Counted from the stretch's first letter, positions 51,527 to 62,657 are shown. The stretch is 64,000 bases of DNA from an uncultured delta proteobacterium (GCA_963789395.1 CAWBKP010000019.1:32001-96000), one strand, 5' to 3'. A program made the numbers and translations. Notes: a model not told the origin generated them from the letters alone.

Positions 51527-54500
51527 ATGCATTTTCAGAATAAACAGCGATCCGGCAGCAGGAAGTATTCAAAAAGTCACAAATCGCAGGAACTCAGAAG
51601 CCTTTCTTTACAGAAGGCACTGAAAAGGTATAACGCCGGTCTGTTTCAGGAAGCGGAAAAAGTGCTTGAATCCCATCTCAAACGCCATCCCAAAGATCAT
51701 GCCGCCCTGAACCTTTTGGGCCTGATTGACTATCAATATGGCCGTTACGATGCATCCATCCAGAGACTTCGATCCGCCATCCTATTGAATGATCGTGAAC
51801 CTATCTATCACACTAATCTGGGGGTCGCCATAAAAGGCAGTGGAGATCTGAAGGGGGCTATCCCCTGCTTTCAGAAGGCACTCGATCTAAGTCCGGATAA
51901 CAGCGCAGCCTCCAATAGCCTTGGTAGCACTTATCATGCCCTGGGAGAGCTTTCTCTGGCAATAGAATGGTTTGAGTACACGTTGGTCCGTAATCCGGAT
52001 TATACTCTGGCTTACAACAACAAAGCCAATGTCTATAAGGATCAGGGCAGGATCGATAAAGCGATTGCATTTTTTCAAGAAGCCGTTCGGCGAAATCCGA
52101 GTAATGCAGCAGTCGGTTCGAATTATTTGTTATGCCTGAACTATCTGGAAGAAGCCGACCCCGAAACCGTGTTCCGGCACCATAAGGAATGGTCTGTGCA
52201 TAATGCCCCTGAAACCGGCCATATCCATCATGAATATCCAAACGACGCCATTCCAACCCGCCGGATCCGTGTGGGATATGTATCTGCCGATTTTCACCTT
52301 CATTCGGTGGCTTTTTTTATATTTCCGGTCATTCTGGGTCATGATCGGGAGCAAATCGAAGTATACTGTTATTCAGATGTCGCCAGGCCGGATGACGTTT
52401 CCCAGGTTGATGATGACAAACGCAGATCACTGGCAGAATATTCATGGAATGACTGATGCGCTGGTATTTCAATGTATTCAAAAAGATGGCATTGACATAC
52501 TCGTGGATCTTGCCGGACATAGCGGCAATAACCGGTTGAAGCTGTTTGCCCGCAAACCTGCGCCGATTCAGGTCTCCTATCTGGGATATCCCAATACAAC
52601 GGGTCTGACGGCGATGGACTATCGGTTTACCGATAACGTAGCAGATCCGCCGGGTTTGACCGACGCCTATTACACGGAAAAGCTGATTCGTCTTCCCGAA
52701 GGATTTCTGTGTTATCGCCCTTCAGTCGGATGTCCGGATATTGCACCACCACCCTGTCTGGAGAACGGGTACATTACTTTTGGCTCTTTTAACAACTGGG
52801 CGAAAATCAATTCAAAAACCATTGCCCTTTGGTCTGATCTGCTGTCGCGGGTTCCCGATTCACGATTGATTCTGAAGTCGAGCCTGGCATCAGACCGGGA
52901 TGCCCAGCAGCAATTACTTTCCCTGTTTGTTCAAAACGGCATTGAAGCCTCAAGAATCGAAATCCTGTCGCGTCTTCCTGTTTTCGGCGAGCATTTGAAA
53001 CAGTATCAGCGGGTGGATATTGCGCTGGACACTTTCCCTTATAACGGTACCACTACCACCTGTGAAGCTCTCTGGATGGGAGTTCCCGTCATCACGCTGG
53101 CAGGAAATACGCATGCTTCAAGGGTTGGCGCCAGCATTCTCAGCCGGCTTGGATTAAATGAATGGATAGTCTCTTCGGTTGACGACTATTTGAATATTTC
53201 AGAAGCCCTTGCCAATGACACCGATAATCTGAAATGCCTGCGGCGAACATTGCGCGAAAAATTTCAGAATTCGTCGCTGATGAATGAAAAAAGATTTTTA
53301 GCAAACCTGGAGACTGCTTATCGCCGAATGTGGCGGAATTGGTGTGCTGAATTAATCACTGAGGGCGGTGATCACAGCGACGTCATGGATGCCCGCATTA
53401 AGGGCGATATCACGGTTTGTGTTCCCAATGACTTAAACTGCCTGACTCCTTATATCTTGCAGGAATATCAGGACTGGTTTGAGCAGGAAATCTCATTTGT
53501 TCGAACCTTTCTTAAATCCGGCATGAACGTGGTGGATATCGGGGCCAATTATGGGACGTATACACTTACAGCCGCAAAATCGGTTGGGCCGGCGGGGAAA
53601 GTGTGGGCCTTTGAACCCTCCCGACTGACCGCTGCATATCTCACCCGGAGTATTCGCCTCAATGGTCTGGATCATGTCACACTGATTCAGGCCGGCGTCT
53701 CGGATGCTGACCGCCGGGCGTTTCTTTCCATGAATGCCAATTCCGAGCTCAATGAGGTGGTCGAGTCCGAAGCTGCGGGCCAGACGGAATCCATAGCACT
53801 GATGAGCCTGGATGGATGGATGAAAACAGCAGGCGCCCGAATCGATTTTATGAAAATGGACGCCGAAGGCCAGGAAGAAAATGTGATTCGTGGCGGCAAG
53901 CATTTTTTTGAATCCTGTTCCCCGCTGATTCTTTATGAAATCAAACACGGGAATGCGTTTCACCTGGAATTGGCGCAATCTTTCATGAACATCGGTTACC
54001 GGAGTTATCGGTTGATTCCGGGGCTGAATATTCTGGCGCCGTTTTCCATGGGGGAAAAACCGGATGCGTATCAATTGAATCTTTTCTGCTGCAAGGACGA
54101 TTGTGCGGAAAGCGCTCCGGCAGCAGGGGCTTCTGGCAGTTCCCAAAATGGAGGATTCACTTCCTGCCGATTTTCCTGCGCCACTCTGGATCGATTATCT
54201 TCAGGGGTTTCCTTATGTCATCCGGCTTCTGCATCCGTGGCAGGCATATTGTCAGGAGCATGCCGGAGCTTCAGGCTGGCAGATTCATCAGCAGGCGCTG
54301 AGTGCATACGCCGTATCCCGGTTGCCGGGTTACAGCGCTTCCGATCGGTATGAGGCTCTGATCAAAGGCTATGGTCTGATGACAGGCCTGATGCAGTCTC
54401 AACCGACCGTTTCACGGCTTCTGACGGCAACCCGGATGGCCATGGATCTGGGATATCGGGAAGATGCCGTAAACATGCTCAATCTTTTATATGGTTATTT

Positions 54501-54792
54501 TGAATCCGGTCAGGAATTTTCCGTGAATGAGCCGTTTCTGTCCGTATCCGAGCGGTTGGCGGAGCTTGATCCCGGCAATGACTTCGGCCAGTGGTTAATA
54601 TATGGTGTGCTTGAGACCCGGGAGATCTGCCGGTCGTTTTCTTCGTATTTTACCGGCAAGAATTCTTTGCCGGACCTGGAACTGATGTGGACATCGCCGT
54701 TTTACAGCGATGAAATGGCAAGAAGACGGCAGCTTATCCGAAAGCGGTTTGGGGTTGCTGTGAGAGTGTGGATCGGTGCGTATGGGGAATAA
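51527..54792 (+). CDS. TPR + GT41 (OGT/SPINDLY-like) glycosyltransferase + FkbM methyltransferase; frameshifts near 52400 and 54105
   Basis: TPR repeats; RIRVGYVSADFHLHSV, DILVDLAGHS, KPAPIQVSYLGYPNTTG, FGSFNNWAKI, DTFPYNGTTTTCEALWMGVP; VDIGANYG, AFEP, MKMDAEG. Confidence 0.85.
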
Positions 54793-54824
54793 AACAGTAA
54801 AAAACGAAAGGAGAAAAATAACAT

Positions 54825-54851
54825 TAAAGTTTTGAGGCGATAAGGCGATAC
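54825..54851 (+). promoter_or_regulatory. Sigma28 (FliA) promoter 1 upstream of flagellin
   Basis: TAAAGTTT-N11-GGCGATAC. Confidence 0.7.
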
Positions 54852-54894
54852 TCTTATCAAAGGCGAAAACAAGTTTACCGGTTAAAAAAAAGAT

Positions 54895-54921
54895 TAAAGT
54901 TTCTTGCCGGAACGCCGATAC
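54895..54921 (+). promoter_or_regulatory. Sigma28 (FliA) promoter 2 upstream of flagellin
   Basis: TAAAGTTT-N11-GCCGATAC. Confidence 0.85.
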
Positions 54922-55042
54922 CAGAATTAACGGTCACAAGAAAACCCAAAAAAACGGAAGGAGGAAAAGAATTCAAGTTTTTCCAGAAAACAACCATTGA
55001 AATTCAATGGAAGAAAACAAGTACTGTCGTAAAATAAATCAT

Positions 55043-55069
55043 TAAAGTTTATCAAAAGAATACCGATAC
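55043..55069 (+). promoter_or_regulatory. Sigma28 (FliA) promoter 3 upstream of flagellin
   Basis: TAAAGTTT-N11-ACCGATAC. Confidence 0.8.
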
Positions 55070-55156
55070 AAGAATTAAAACAATGGAACATCACCCAATT
55101 CAAGCCAAGGGCATAGATGCCCGAGGTAAACAAATTATTCATGGAGGAATACTACT

Positions 55157-55994
55157 ATGGCTATGACAATCAACACCAATATGGCTTCTTTGAACGCTCA
55201 GCGGAATCTGTCCAAAACACAGGGTTTGATGAATCTGTCCATTCAAAGACTTTCTTCAGGACTTCGAATCAACAGTGCAAAGGATGATGCAGCCGGCCTG
55301 GGGATTTCCACCCGGTTTACTTCCCAGATCAGAGGCCTGAATCAGGCGGTGAGAAACGCCAATGACGGCATTTCGCAATTACAGACTGCTGAAGGCGCCA
55401 TGCAGGAAGTAACGAACATTTTGGGGCGCATGAGAGAGCTCGCGGTGCAGTCATGCCAATACCAGCACCTATGATGACACCACCGACCGGGCATCTATGC
55501 AGGACGAAGTGATCAGTTGGTTGAGGAGATTGGCCGGATTTCAGACAATACAGAGTTTAACGGCGTCAACCTGCTGGATGGCTCGGCGGCCGTCACTCAC
55601 GTTTCAGGTCGGAGCCAATAATCGGACCAGACCATCTCAGTGACATTTGGTTGCAATCACCATCGCCGCCACCTCCCTTAATGTGGCCACCGCGAGTGTG
55701 GCTACCGCAACCGACGCAGGTGCCTTGCTTATGCTATTGATACTGCTCTGGATACGGTTTCGGGAGCCCGGGGCGACATTGGGTGCGGTACAGAACCGGA
55801 TGGAATCAACGATAGCGAATTTGATGAACGTGTCCGAGAACCTGTCGGCAGCCAATGGGCGGATTATGGATGCGGACTTTGCGGCGGAAACAGCCAATTT
55901 GACCAAACAGCAGATTCTCACGCAGGCAGGCATGGCCATGCTGGCCCAGGCCAAGCAGCTCCCGCAGCAGGTACTGCAACTGCTCCAAAATTAG
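55157..55994 (+). CDS. fliC: Flagellin (short, little variable region); several frameshifts between 55455 and 55770
   Basis: [60 protein letters not shown]. Confidence 0.95.
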
Positions 55995-56017
55995 TTTGGA
56001 CCTGTTAACAAGTAAGT

Positions 56018-56045
56018 AAATCCCCCCGGTTCGCCGGGGGGATTT
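56018..56045 (+). terminator. Stem-loop after flagellin
   Basis: AAATCCCCCCGG-TTCG-CCGGGGGGATTT; short U-tail would allow readthrough into fliD. Confidence 0.7.
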
Positions 56046-56079
56046 CCATCGATTTTTGGGCTTTGAAGGGAGATGTGTT

Positions 56080-57518
56080 ATGGGAATTTCACTCGGTGGG
56101 TTGATTTCCGGGATGGATACGGATAGTGTCATTTCCAAGCTTCTGGACCTTCAGAAAAAGCCCATCTTGCTGCTTCAGAAGAAGGAGGCCGACTACAAGG
56201 TCAAGCTTTCCGCCTACAGCACCCTTCAGGGCAGCCTGAAAAGCCTGAAAATTGCCGCCGGCAACCTGGACAGCGTATTGGATATTAAAAGCTATTCCGC
56301 TGCATCCAGCAACACCGATCTGCTGACGGCTTCAGTACTGAATTCGGCGGTGCCGGGCAGTTATTCGCTTATAGTTAACAGCCTGGCAACGGCCCACAAG
56401 TTGACCAGCAGCAGCTTTACTCCTGCCGAGGCCGTGGGCAAGGGCACCATTCACCTTGCGCTGGGCAGCAATGATCCGGTCGATATTGAAGTAGCTTCAG
56501 GCAGCACGATATCGGATATTGCCAAAGCCATCAATGCCGCAGATACGGGGATTTATGCGTCCGTGATCAATGACGGCACCAACAGTTTCTTAACCCTGTC
56601 CGGAAAACAGACCGGCGCTGCCAACGTCATCAAATTGACGGTAACAGAAGATGGCACGGACCCCATCAATCTGCCTGCCGGCTCGCCATCTGCAGATGAG
56701 GATACAACCGGGCTGTCCCGGCTGGTTTACGACGCCGGCGGCACAAAAAATCTCACCAGCGTCAGGGCGCGGCAGATTCAAAATTCAGCGTGGACGGCCT
56801 TCCCATCACCCGGACAACCAATACCATTTCCGATGTCATCAGCGGGATGACGCTGAATCTGAAAGCGGCAGACCCCCTTCAGCCGGTGACGGTTACCGTC
56901 GAACGCAGCGACGAGCTTTTCACCACCCGGCTGAATGAATTCATAGAGGCATACAATGGGCTGGTGGATTCTCTAAAAAGCTTGCAGAGTTACGATTCGT
57001 CGACCCAGAAAGCCGGCGATCTGTTCAGCGATTCCACGACCCGGCGGATTCAAAGCGAGATACAAAGCTTGATTTCCAATTCCGTTCCCGGGCTTGCGGC
57101 CGGGTTAAGCCGAATGACCGATCTTGGCGTTTCCACCAACGCCGATGGAAAACTGGAACTGGATACCAGCGTATTCAATGCAAAGCTGAAAGACAATTAT
57201 GATGATGTCGTCAAATTCTTTACAAAAACCGATGCAGGGGCGAAAGGGTTTGCGGTCCGGTTGGCCGATTCCCTGGAAAAAATACTGGATTCTAATAATG
57301 GAGTGCTGGCAGCCCGGACCAAGGGAATTGACGGCAGCATTCGTGACCTGGATGATCAGATTGAGGTGCTGAATAATCGCATGTCCGCATCCGAAACCCG
57401 CCTGCGGGCGCAGTTTTCTGCCCTGGAATCGCTTTTGGGAAAATATCAGAACATATCCGATTCATTGACCGCAAGTCTCAAACAGATTGAAAATGGTTGG
57501 GGTACGAATTCGAAATAA
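56080..57518 (+). CDS. fliD: Flagellar filament cap protein FliD (frameshift near 56770)
   Basis: GLISGMDTDSVISKL, LATAH, TNTISDVISGMTLNL, RLRAQFSALE. Confidence 0.92.
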
Positions 57519-57583
57519 TCGGGGTGCGGAATGGGCTCATTATTCTTTATTCATCCCGACGGCAGTACAGATGGGGAGACCGC

Positions 57584-58027
57584 ATGACTTACGCAGGATA
57601 CAGTGCTTACAACCGAATCGCCAATACGATCGACAGCAAGGAAATGATACTGGTTAAACTTCTGGAAGGGACCGTGCGCTTTGTTCAGGCTGCGCGGGCC
57701 GGACTTGAGGCTGGCAATCCAAAGATCAAGGGGGAAAACATCTCCAGGGCGATAGCGATTATTACGGAACTGGACTGTGCACTGGACCGGGATATGGGCG
57801 GCGACCTGGTGGAGAATCTTTCCGGCCTGTACCGGTATATCCTGGGCCGCCTGACCCTTGCCAATCTCAGAGATGACAACCAAATACTGGGCGAGGTGGA
57901 AGGGCTTCTTCTGACCATCAAGGAAGGTTTTGCGGATGCGTTTAAACAGATGTCTTCGGAAGTGCTTTCGGATCACTCCCTGTCCTATCAACCCGCATCC
58001 CAGAAAGGATTCTGCATTGCCGCCTGA
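57584..58027 (+). CDS. fliS: Flagellin export chaperone FliS
   Basis: LVKLLEG, RAIAIITEL..LD..GGDLVENLSGLYRY; follows fliD. Confidence 0.92.
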   Translation: MTYAGYSAYNRIANTIDSKEMILVKLLEGTVRFVQAARAGLEAGNPKIKGENISRAIAIITELDCALDRDMGGDLVENLSGLYRYILGRLTLANLRDDNQILGEVEGLLLTIKEGFADAFKQMSSEVLSDHSLSYQPASQKGFCIAA

Positions 58028-58322
58028 TCCTCATGAAATGCTTTACCGGAAGCTGGCGGAGTTCACGGACCGGGTCAGATTTGCGCTGAAGGAAACAGAC
58101 CCCGATGTCCTGATGCTTCTGGCTGCAGAGCAAGATACGCTCGTCAGGGATCTTCAGCAGGCCGGTGTCAGTGCGGACAGCCGCCTTCTGGGCCAGGTTC
58201 AGGCGCTCAGCCGCCAGGTGTCGGATGTGATAACGGAAATTCAGCAGCGCCAGCATGATATTTCCATCCGAATCAAGCAGGTTGCGGATGGGAAAAAATT
58301 GGTTCAAGCATACGTAAACTAG
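58017..58322 (+). CDS. Helical hypothetical protein, possibly FliT/FlgN-like chaperone
   Basis: Position after fliS; helical, ends in KLVQAY; start uncertain (58017 or 58038). Confidence 0.55.
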   Translation: MPPDPHEMLYRKLAEFTDRVRFALKETDPDVLMLLAAEQDTLVRDLQQAGVSADSRLLGQVQALSRQVSDVITEIQQRQHDISIRIKQVADGKKLVQAYVN

Positions 58323-58332
58323 TGGAGGCAGT

Positions 58333-58755
58333 ATGGAAGCGACCCAAGCTCTTAAAGTTCAACGGTTTCAGACCGGTTTTGTGGATGTGAAATCCATGGG
58401 GTATCCCGCGTCACAGAATCCTGAAAAATCCGGAATTAGTCCAGTTCAGTCCCTGGATCAGATTGATTTAAGAACCCGGGATCAAATTGATTCAAAAAAC
58501 CAGGACCAGCAGAAACAGGCGAAAATCGCGGAACAGGCCATGCCGGCAATGCTGAAGGATCTGGAAAGTAAAATCAACCAGATGCATGAAGTCGGACTGG
58601 AGTTTTCCCAGTATAAGGATTCCGGGAAAATAATCGTCCGGGTGGTTGAAAAAGGGACCAATAAGGTAATCCGGGAAATTCCCAGCGAAGAGTTTCTGGA
58701 TCTGGTCGAAAAGATGGATCAGATGATCGGGATATTGTTCGACAAAAAAGTATGA
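58333..58755 (+). CDS. flaG: Flagellar protein FlaG
   Basis: LEFS..SGKIIVRVVE..TNKVIREIPSEE..GILFDKKV. Confidence 0.9.
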   Translation: MEATQALKVQRFQTGFVDVKSMGYPASQNPEKSGISPVQSLDQIDLRTRDQIDSKNQDQQKQAKIAEQAMPAMLKDLESKINQMHEVGLEFSQYKDSGKIIVRVVEKGTNKVIREIPSEEFLDLVEKMDQMIGILFDKKV

Positions 58756-58956
58756 TCCGTGGCATCTCGCGAAAGCGTGATGGCGCTCATGGGGGTTGCC
58801 GGGTTATTTGCCTGAGAATTTGTCCTAAATCGGATTGATCCTTCCTGCCTTTTTTTGTCTTGATAACGGATTGTCATCCATGATAGTCCTTCTCCAAGCC
58901 GTGTCGTTGATTATTCTGAAAAATCCCCATAACAAAACCGCCTGTTCAGATATTTC

Positions 58957-58972
58957 TGGTACGGGATTTGCT
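58957..58972 (+). promoter_or_regulatory. Sigma54 promoter
   Basis: TGGTACGGGATTTGCT upstream of the single-domain response regulator. Confidence 0.7.
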
Positions 58973-59068
58973 TTCCCAATCATCCTATGCGGGTAGTATG
59001 AGACGGGGAGGTGCCTCCTTTGAAAAATGGAATATGTCACGTCCTTTAAAGATCAAGGAAGTTTAAAG

Positions 59069-59434
59069 ATGGAACAAATCAGGGTGCTGGTTGTTGACGA
59101 TGAGTTGTTTGTCGGGGAATTGCTGAAGGAATACCTGTCAATTATCGGGTATGATGTAACGGCGGTTTCAAACGGCGAGGATGCGCTTTCCGTTTTCCAG
59201 CAATCTCCGCCCCATATCGTCATCCTGGATATTCGCATGCCGGGGATGGGCGGTATGGAGGTGCTGAAAAACATCAAGGAGAAAAACAGAGCCACCGGCG
59301 TCATCATGCTGTCTGCTTATGGAGATCCGGAAACCGTCAGCAAGGCGATTGGACTGGGAGCCGACCATTATCTTCAAAAGCCCATGAACCTGAAACACCT
59401 GGTGGAAACCTTGAAATTGCTGCATCCACCCTAA
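59069..59434 (+). CDS. Single-domain response regulator
   Basis: VLVVDDE, LDIRMP, MLSA, YLQKP. Confidence 0.9.
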   Translation: MEQIRVLVVDDELFVGELLKEYLSIIGYDVTAVSNGEDALSVFQQSPPHIVILDIRMPGMGGMEVLKNIKEKNRATGVIMLSAYGDPETVSKAIGLGADHYLQKPMNLKHLVETLKLLHPP

Positions 59435-59574
59435 CAAAGTATGAAGAAATTGTTTGAATCGCGAAATTCGAAACAATGTTTTCACCAGCCAGAATCCGAA
59501 TTTTTTTATTGGAATTGAATTTCTTTCGATATTCGATATGCTTGAATGCTTTCCGTTGAGGATCGAAGGATGTT

Positions 59575-59925
59575 ATGCACCTGATTGATCTGGACAAGGC
59601 AAAGCCGGGAATGACGCTGGCCAAATCGGTTTCAACCCTGCAGGACGTGCTGCTGCTGAAACCGGATGTCCGGTTAACCGAAAAAAATATCCATATCCTG
59701 AAATCCTGGGGTATTCATGAAATCTGGATCGATGAGGAAGCCGGCGAAGATGCTGCTGCAGGCATGGATTCGGAAAATGAACTCCGGGCATCCATTGATG
59801 AAGCACTCCGGGTTAAATTTTCTGAAACGCTGTCTGACCCGTTGATGGAAGAGATTCTGCGGATTGCCGGAAATCTTCTGGAAAAACGATTGCTGAAAAA
59901 AGAAAAACATCATGGTACCCGCTAA
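59575..59925 (+). CDS. Hypothetical protein resembling the N-terminal module of HD-GYP/HDOD proteins
   Basis: KPGMTLAKSV..LLL..LTEKNIHILKSWGI pattern; overlaps the HDOD gene and could be its frameshifted N-terminus. Confidence 0.6.
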   Translation: MHLIDLDKAKPGMTLAKSVSTLQDVLLLKPDVRLTEKNIHILKSWGIHEIWIDEEAGEDAAAGMDSENELRASIDEALRVKFSETLSDPLMEEILRIAGNLLEKRLLKKEKHHGTR

Positions 59926-60769
59926 GCTTAAACGCATCATCAGCCAGATCGACGATCTGCCGACGCTTCCCCGGACCGTGCTGAAGATAACGGAGCTGGT
60001 CAACAATCCCAAATCCTCGGCAAGGGATCTGTCCAGCGTCATTACCGATGATCAGGTGCTGACCGCCCGCATGCTGAAGCTTGTGAACTCTTCTTTTTAC
60101 GGATTTCCCCAGAAAGTGTCCACTGTTACCGGAGCCATCGTTTTGCTGGGGTTTGATGCCATCCGCAACCTGCTTTTGACCACGTCTGTTTTTGACATGT
60201 TTTCGAACCGGTACCGGGAAAACCGGGTGATGCAGGAAAGTTTCTGGGACCATTCCCTGGGATGTGCCATCGGGGCCAAGGTCATCGGTACCTATCTGCG
60301 GTATGAAAAAGTTGAAGAGCTCTTTGTTTCCGGACTTCTCCATGATATTGGAAAGATCGTGGAAATGCTGTTTCTGCCGGATGACTTTTCTGAAGTCCGG
60401 AGCGTGGTGAAAGCCCGCGATATTCTGATGATCGCTGCAGAGAAAGAGGTTCTGGGCTTTGCCCATCCGGATGTCGGCAAGTTGCTGGCCGAAAAGTGGA
60501 ATCTGCCTTTAAAGCTGGTGAATATTCTGGAACACCATCACCACCCGGAACAGTCAGGGCGATTTATTCAGGAAACATCGATTATTCACCTGGCGGACAT
60601 TCTCTGCAGGGCCATTGATCTTGGATCCGGGGGAGACAATAAAATGCCTTTCCTGAATTCAGAAGCCTGGGCATCCCTGAAGCTGAAACCCAATGTTCTG
60701 GAGCCGATTTTACAGGAAATGGAAAGGGAGTTTCACGATATAAACTGGGTGGTGACCGGGAAAAGGTAA
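59912..60769 (+). CDS. HDOD domain protein
   Basis: LPTLP, DQVLTARMLKLVNSSFYG, FWDHS, GLLHDIGK, WNLP, HH. Confidence 0.92.
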   Translation: MVPAKLKRIISQIDDLPTLPRTVLKITELVNNPKSSARDLSSVITDDQVLTARMLKLVNSSFYGFPQKVSTVTGAIVLLGFDAIRNLLLTTSVFDMFSNRYRENRVMQESFWDHSLGCAIGAKVIGTYLRYEKVEELFVSGLLHDIGKIVEMLFLPDDFSEVRSVVKARDILMIAAEKEVLGFAHPDVGKLLAEKWNLPLKLVNILEHHHHPEQSGRFIQETSIIHLADILCRAIDLGSGGDNKMPFLNSEAWASLKLKPNVLEPILQEMEREFHDINWVVTGKR

Positions 60770-62058
60770 TGGTCGATACCGATAACGCAAACGAGAGCAG
60801 TGAAAACACAATCGCCCAGATGGAAAAGGGATACCAGGCAATCCTGGAGTTCATTGACCAGATAGAGGAGATTTCCCAGCTTCAGGATAAAATCGAGATT
60901 ACGGCCAGCATCAACCAGATATGGCATGTCTTCTTTCATGAACTTCAGAATTCGATCAACATGGAAGGCTGCGCCTTGTTCATGGTGGATGACCACAGCC
61001 ACGAATTTGTTTTGAAAAGCGCATCCCCCCAGTCGATGGGCATCGTCTTTCAGAAGGAAATTGAACATCAGATTGAATGCGGCATGTTTTCCTGGATTAT
61101 CCAGCGCCGTAAACCTGCCCTGCTTCCAGCCCTTGCGGTCAAGAAAAAAACAATCATCATGCTGCCCCTGGTTACGGCAAAACAGACCCTGGGGGTGGTG
61201 ATTATCATCACGGCAATTGAAGAGAGCGCCATTACTCAGGAAAATATGAAGCTTTTTGCCATGCTGGCAAAGCAATGCTCCCTGGTAATGGAAAATTCGC
61301 TGTTGTATGACCGGTTAAGAAGAGATCACGAATCGCTTCAAAAAGCACAGCACCAGATTCTTCAGGCTGAAAAGCTGGCATCCATCGGCCGGCTGACCGC
61401 AGGCGCCTCCCATGAGATTCTCAACCCCCTTAACATTCTTTCCGGATATATCCAGATGCTGAATCTGCAGGGAGATTCGGATGAGCGAACAGCCCGGTAT
61501 TTAGCCATCATGAGCGAGCAGGTCGAGCGCATCTCTAAAATTGTCAACGGACTGTATCAGTTTTCCCAGGCGGCCGGATCCAACAAGGAGAAAGTTCAGA
61601 TCAATGCACTGGTCCGGAAGGTTTTTCAGCTGTTTGAACACGAACATAAATATGATCATATTCATAATGTGATGAATCTGGAAGAAAACCTGCCACCGAT
61701 TCAGGGAAATACCGACACTTTGTCTCAGGTGCTGTTTATTATGCTGTCCAATGCCAGGGATGCCATGCCCAACGGCGGCGAATTAAGCGTCTCTACAAAG
61801 AGAGTTTTTTCAGAAAACACGGCGGAAGAAACTGGCGAGTGGATCGAAATACAATTTCGGGATACGGGTCATGGCATTCCCGAGGCGGAAATCAACAGGA
61901 TTTTTGATCCGTTTTTCACCACCAAGGCTTCAACAAACGGAACCGGCCTGGGGTTGTCCCTCAGCTACGGCATTATCCAGAACCATGGGGGAGCCATCCG
62001 GGTGGAAAGCCAGGTGAACAAAGGAACGACGTTTACAATCCGACTGCCATTTTCTTGA
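60769..62058 (+). CDS. Cytoplasmic histidine kinase with GAF-like input (NtrB-type)
   Basis: EKLASIGRLTAGASHEILNPL, NARDAM, DTGHG, FDPFFTTK, GTGLGLS. Confidence 0.9.
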   Translation: MVDTDNANESSENTIAQMEKGYQAILEFIDQIEEISQLQDKIEITASINQIWHVFFHELQNSINMEGCALFMVDDHSHEFVLKSASPQSMGIVFQKEIEHQIECGMFSWIIQRRKPALLPALAVKKKTIIMLPLVTAKQTLGVVIIITAIEESAITQENMKLFAMLAKQCSLVMENSLLYDRLRRDHESLQKAQHQILQAEKLASIGRLTAGASHEILNPLNILSGYIQMLNLQGDSDERTARYLAIMSEQVERISKIVNGLYQFSQAAGSNKEKVQINALVRKVFQLFEHEHKYDHIHNVMNLEENLPPIQGNTDTLSQVLFIMLSNARDAMPNGGELSVSTKRVFSENTAEETGEWIEIQFRDTGHGIPEAEINRIFDPFFTTKASTNGTGLGLSLSYGIIQNHGGAIRVESQVNKGTTFTIRLPFS

Positions 62059-62126
62059 CATACATATTTGCAAAACCATCGATATATTGACTTTACCAAG
62101 TCCATCGTCACTGACCGGAGATAATT

Positions 62127-62609
62127 ATGAACGATATTAACAAATTGGATCTTAAAGGATTTTGTGTCAATTCAGCCAGAAATATATATCACACCATGCT
62201 TTCCATGGAGGTGAGCCCGGTTGAAGCCAATCCTGCAATGGAATTGTCAGGCAGTAAAGTAGTTGGTTGTGTCGGATTTGCAGGAGATGCCATCGGGAAT
62301 ATCTGTATCCATGTATCCCGGCAGTTTTCTCGAGTTATGACTGCTGCCATGCTGGGGATGGAAGTGGATGAGGTCGAAGATGATGAAGAAATACAAGATG
62401 TCATTGGAGAGGTCAGCAACATGATCGGGGGAGATATGAAATCCAAATTGTGCGATGCCGGATTCCCCTGTGTTCTTTCGATTCCCAATGTTACTTCCGG
62501 AAGTGATTTTAAAATAGAATCCAAGGGGTGGATGAGGCATGAAAAAATTGCTTTTATGCATCAGGACCAGCTGTCTATGGTTGAGGTGTTTATCAAATCT
62601 GTCGTCTGA
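62127..62609 (+). CDS. cheX: CheX-family phosphatase
   Basis: VGFAG, DVIGEVSNMIGG, LSIPNV. Confidence 0.85.
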   Translation: MNDINKLDLKGFCVNSARNIYHTMLSMEVSPVEANPAMELSGSKVVGCVGFAGDAIGNICIHVSRQFSRVMTAAMLGMEVDEVEDDEEIQDVIGEVSNMIGGDMKSKLCDAGFPCVLSIPNVTSGSDFKIESKGWMRHEKIAFMHQDQLSMVEVFIKSVV

Positions 62610-62657
62610 TCGTGGTGGTGGAGGCACTGTCATTATTCTTGAAAATGGAGGTTCCTT

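Noticed and set aside
55157..55994. Flagellin as a true pseudogene or phase-variable gene
   Set aside because: Promoters, RBS and both conserved termini are intact, and the indels match the window-wide error pattern
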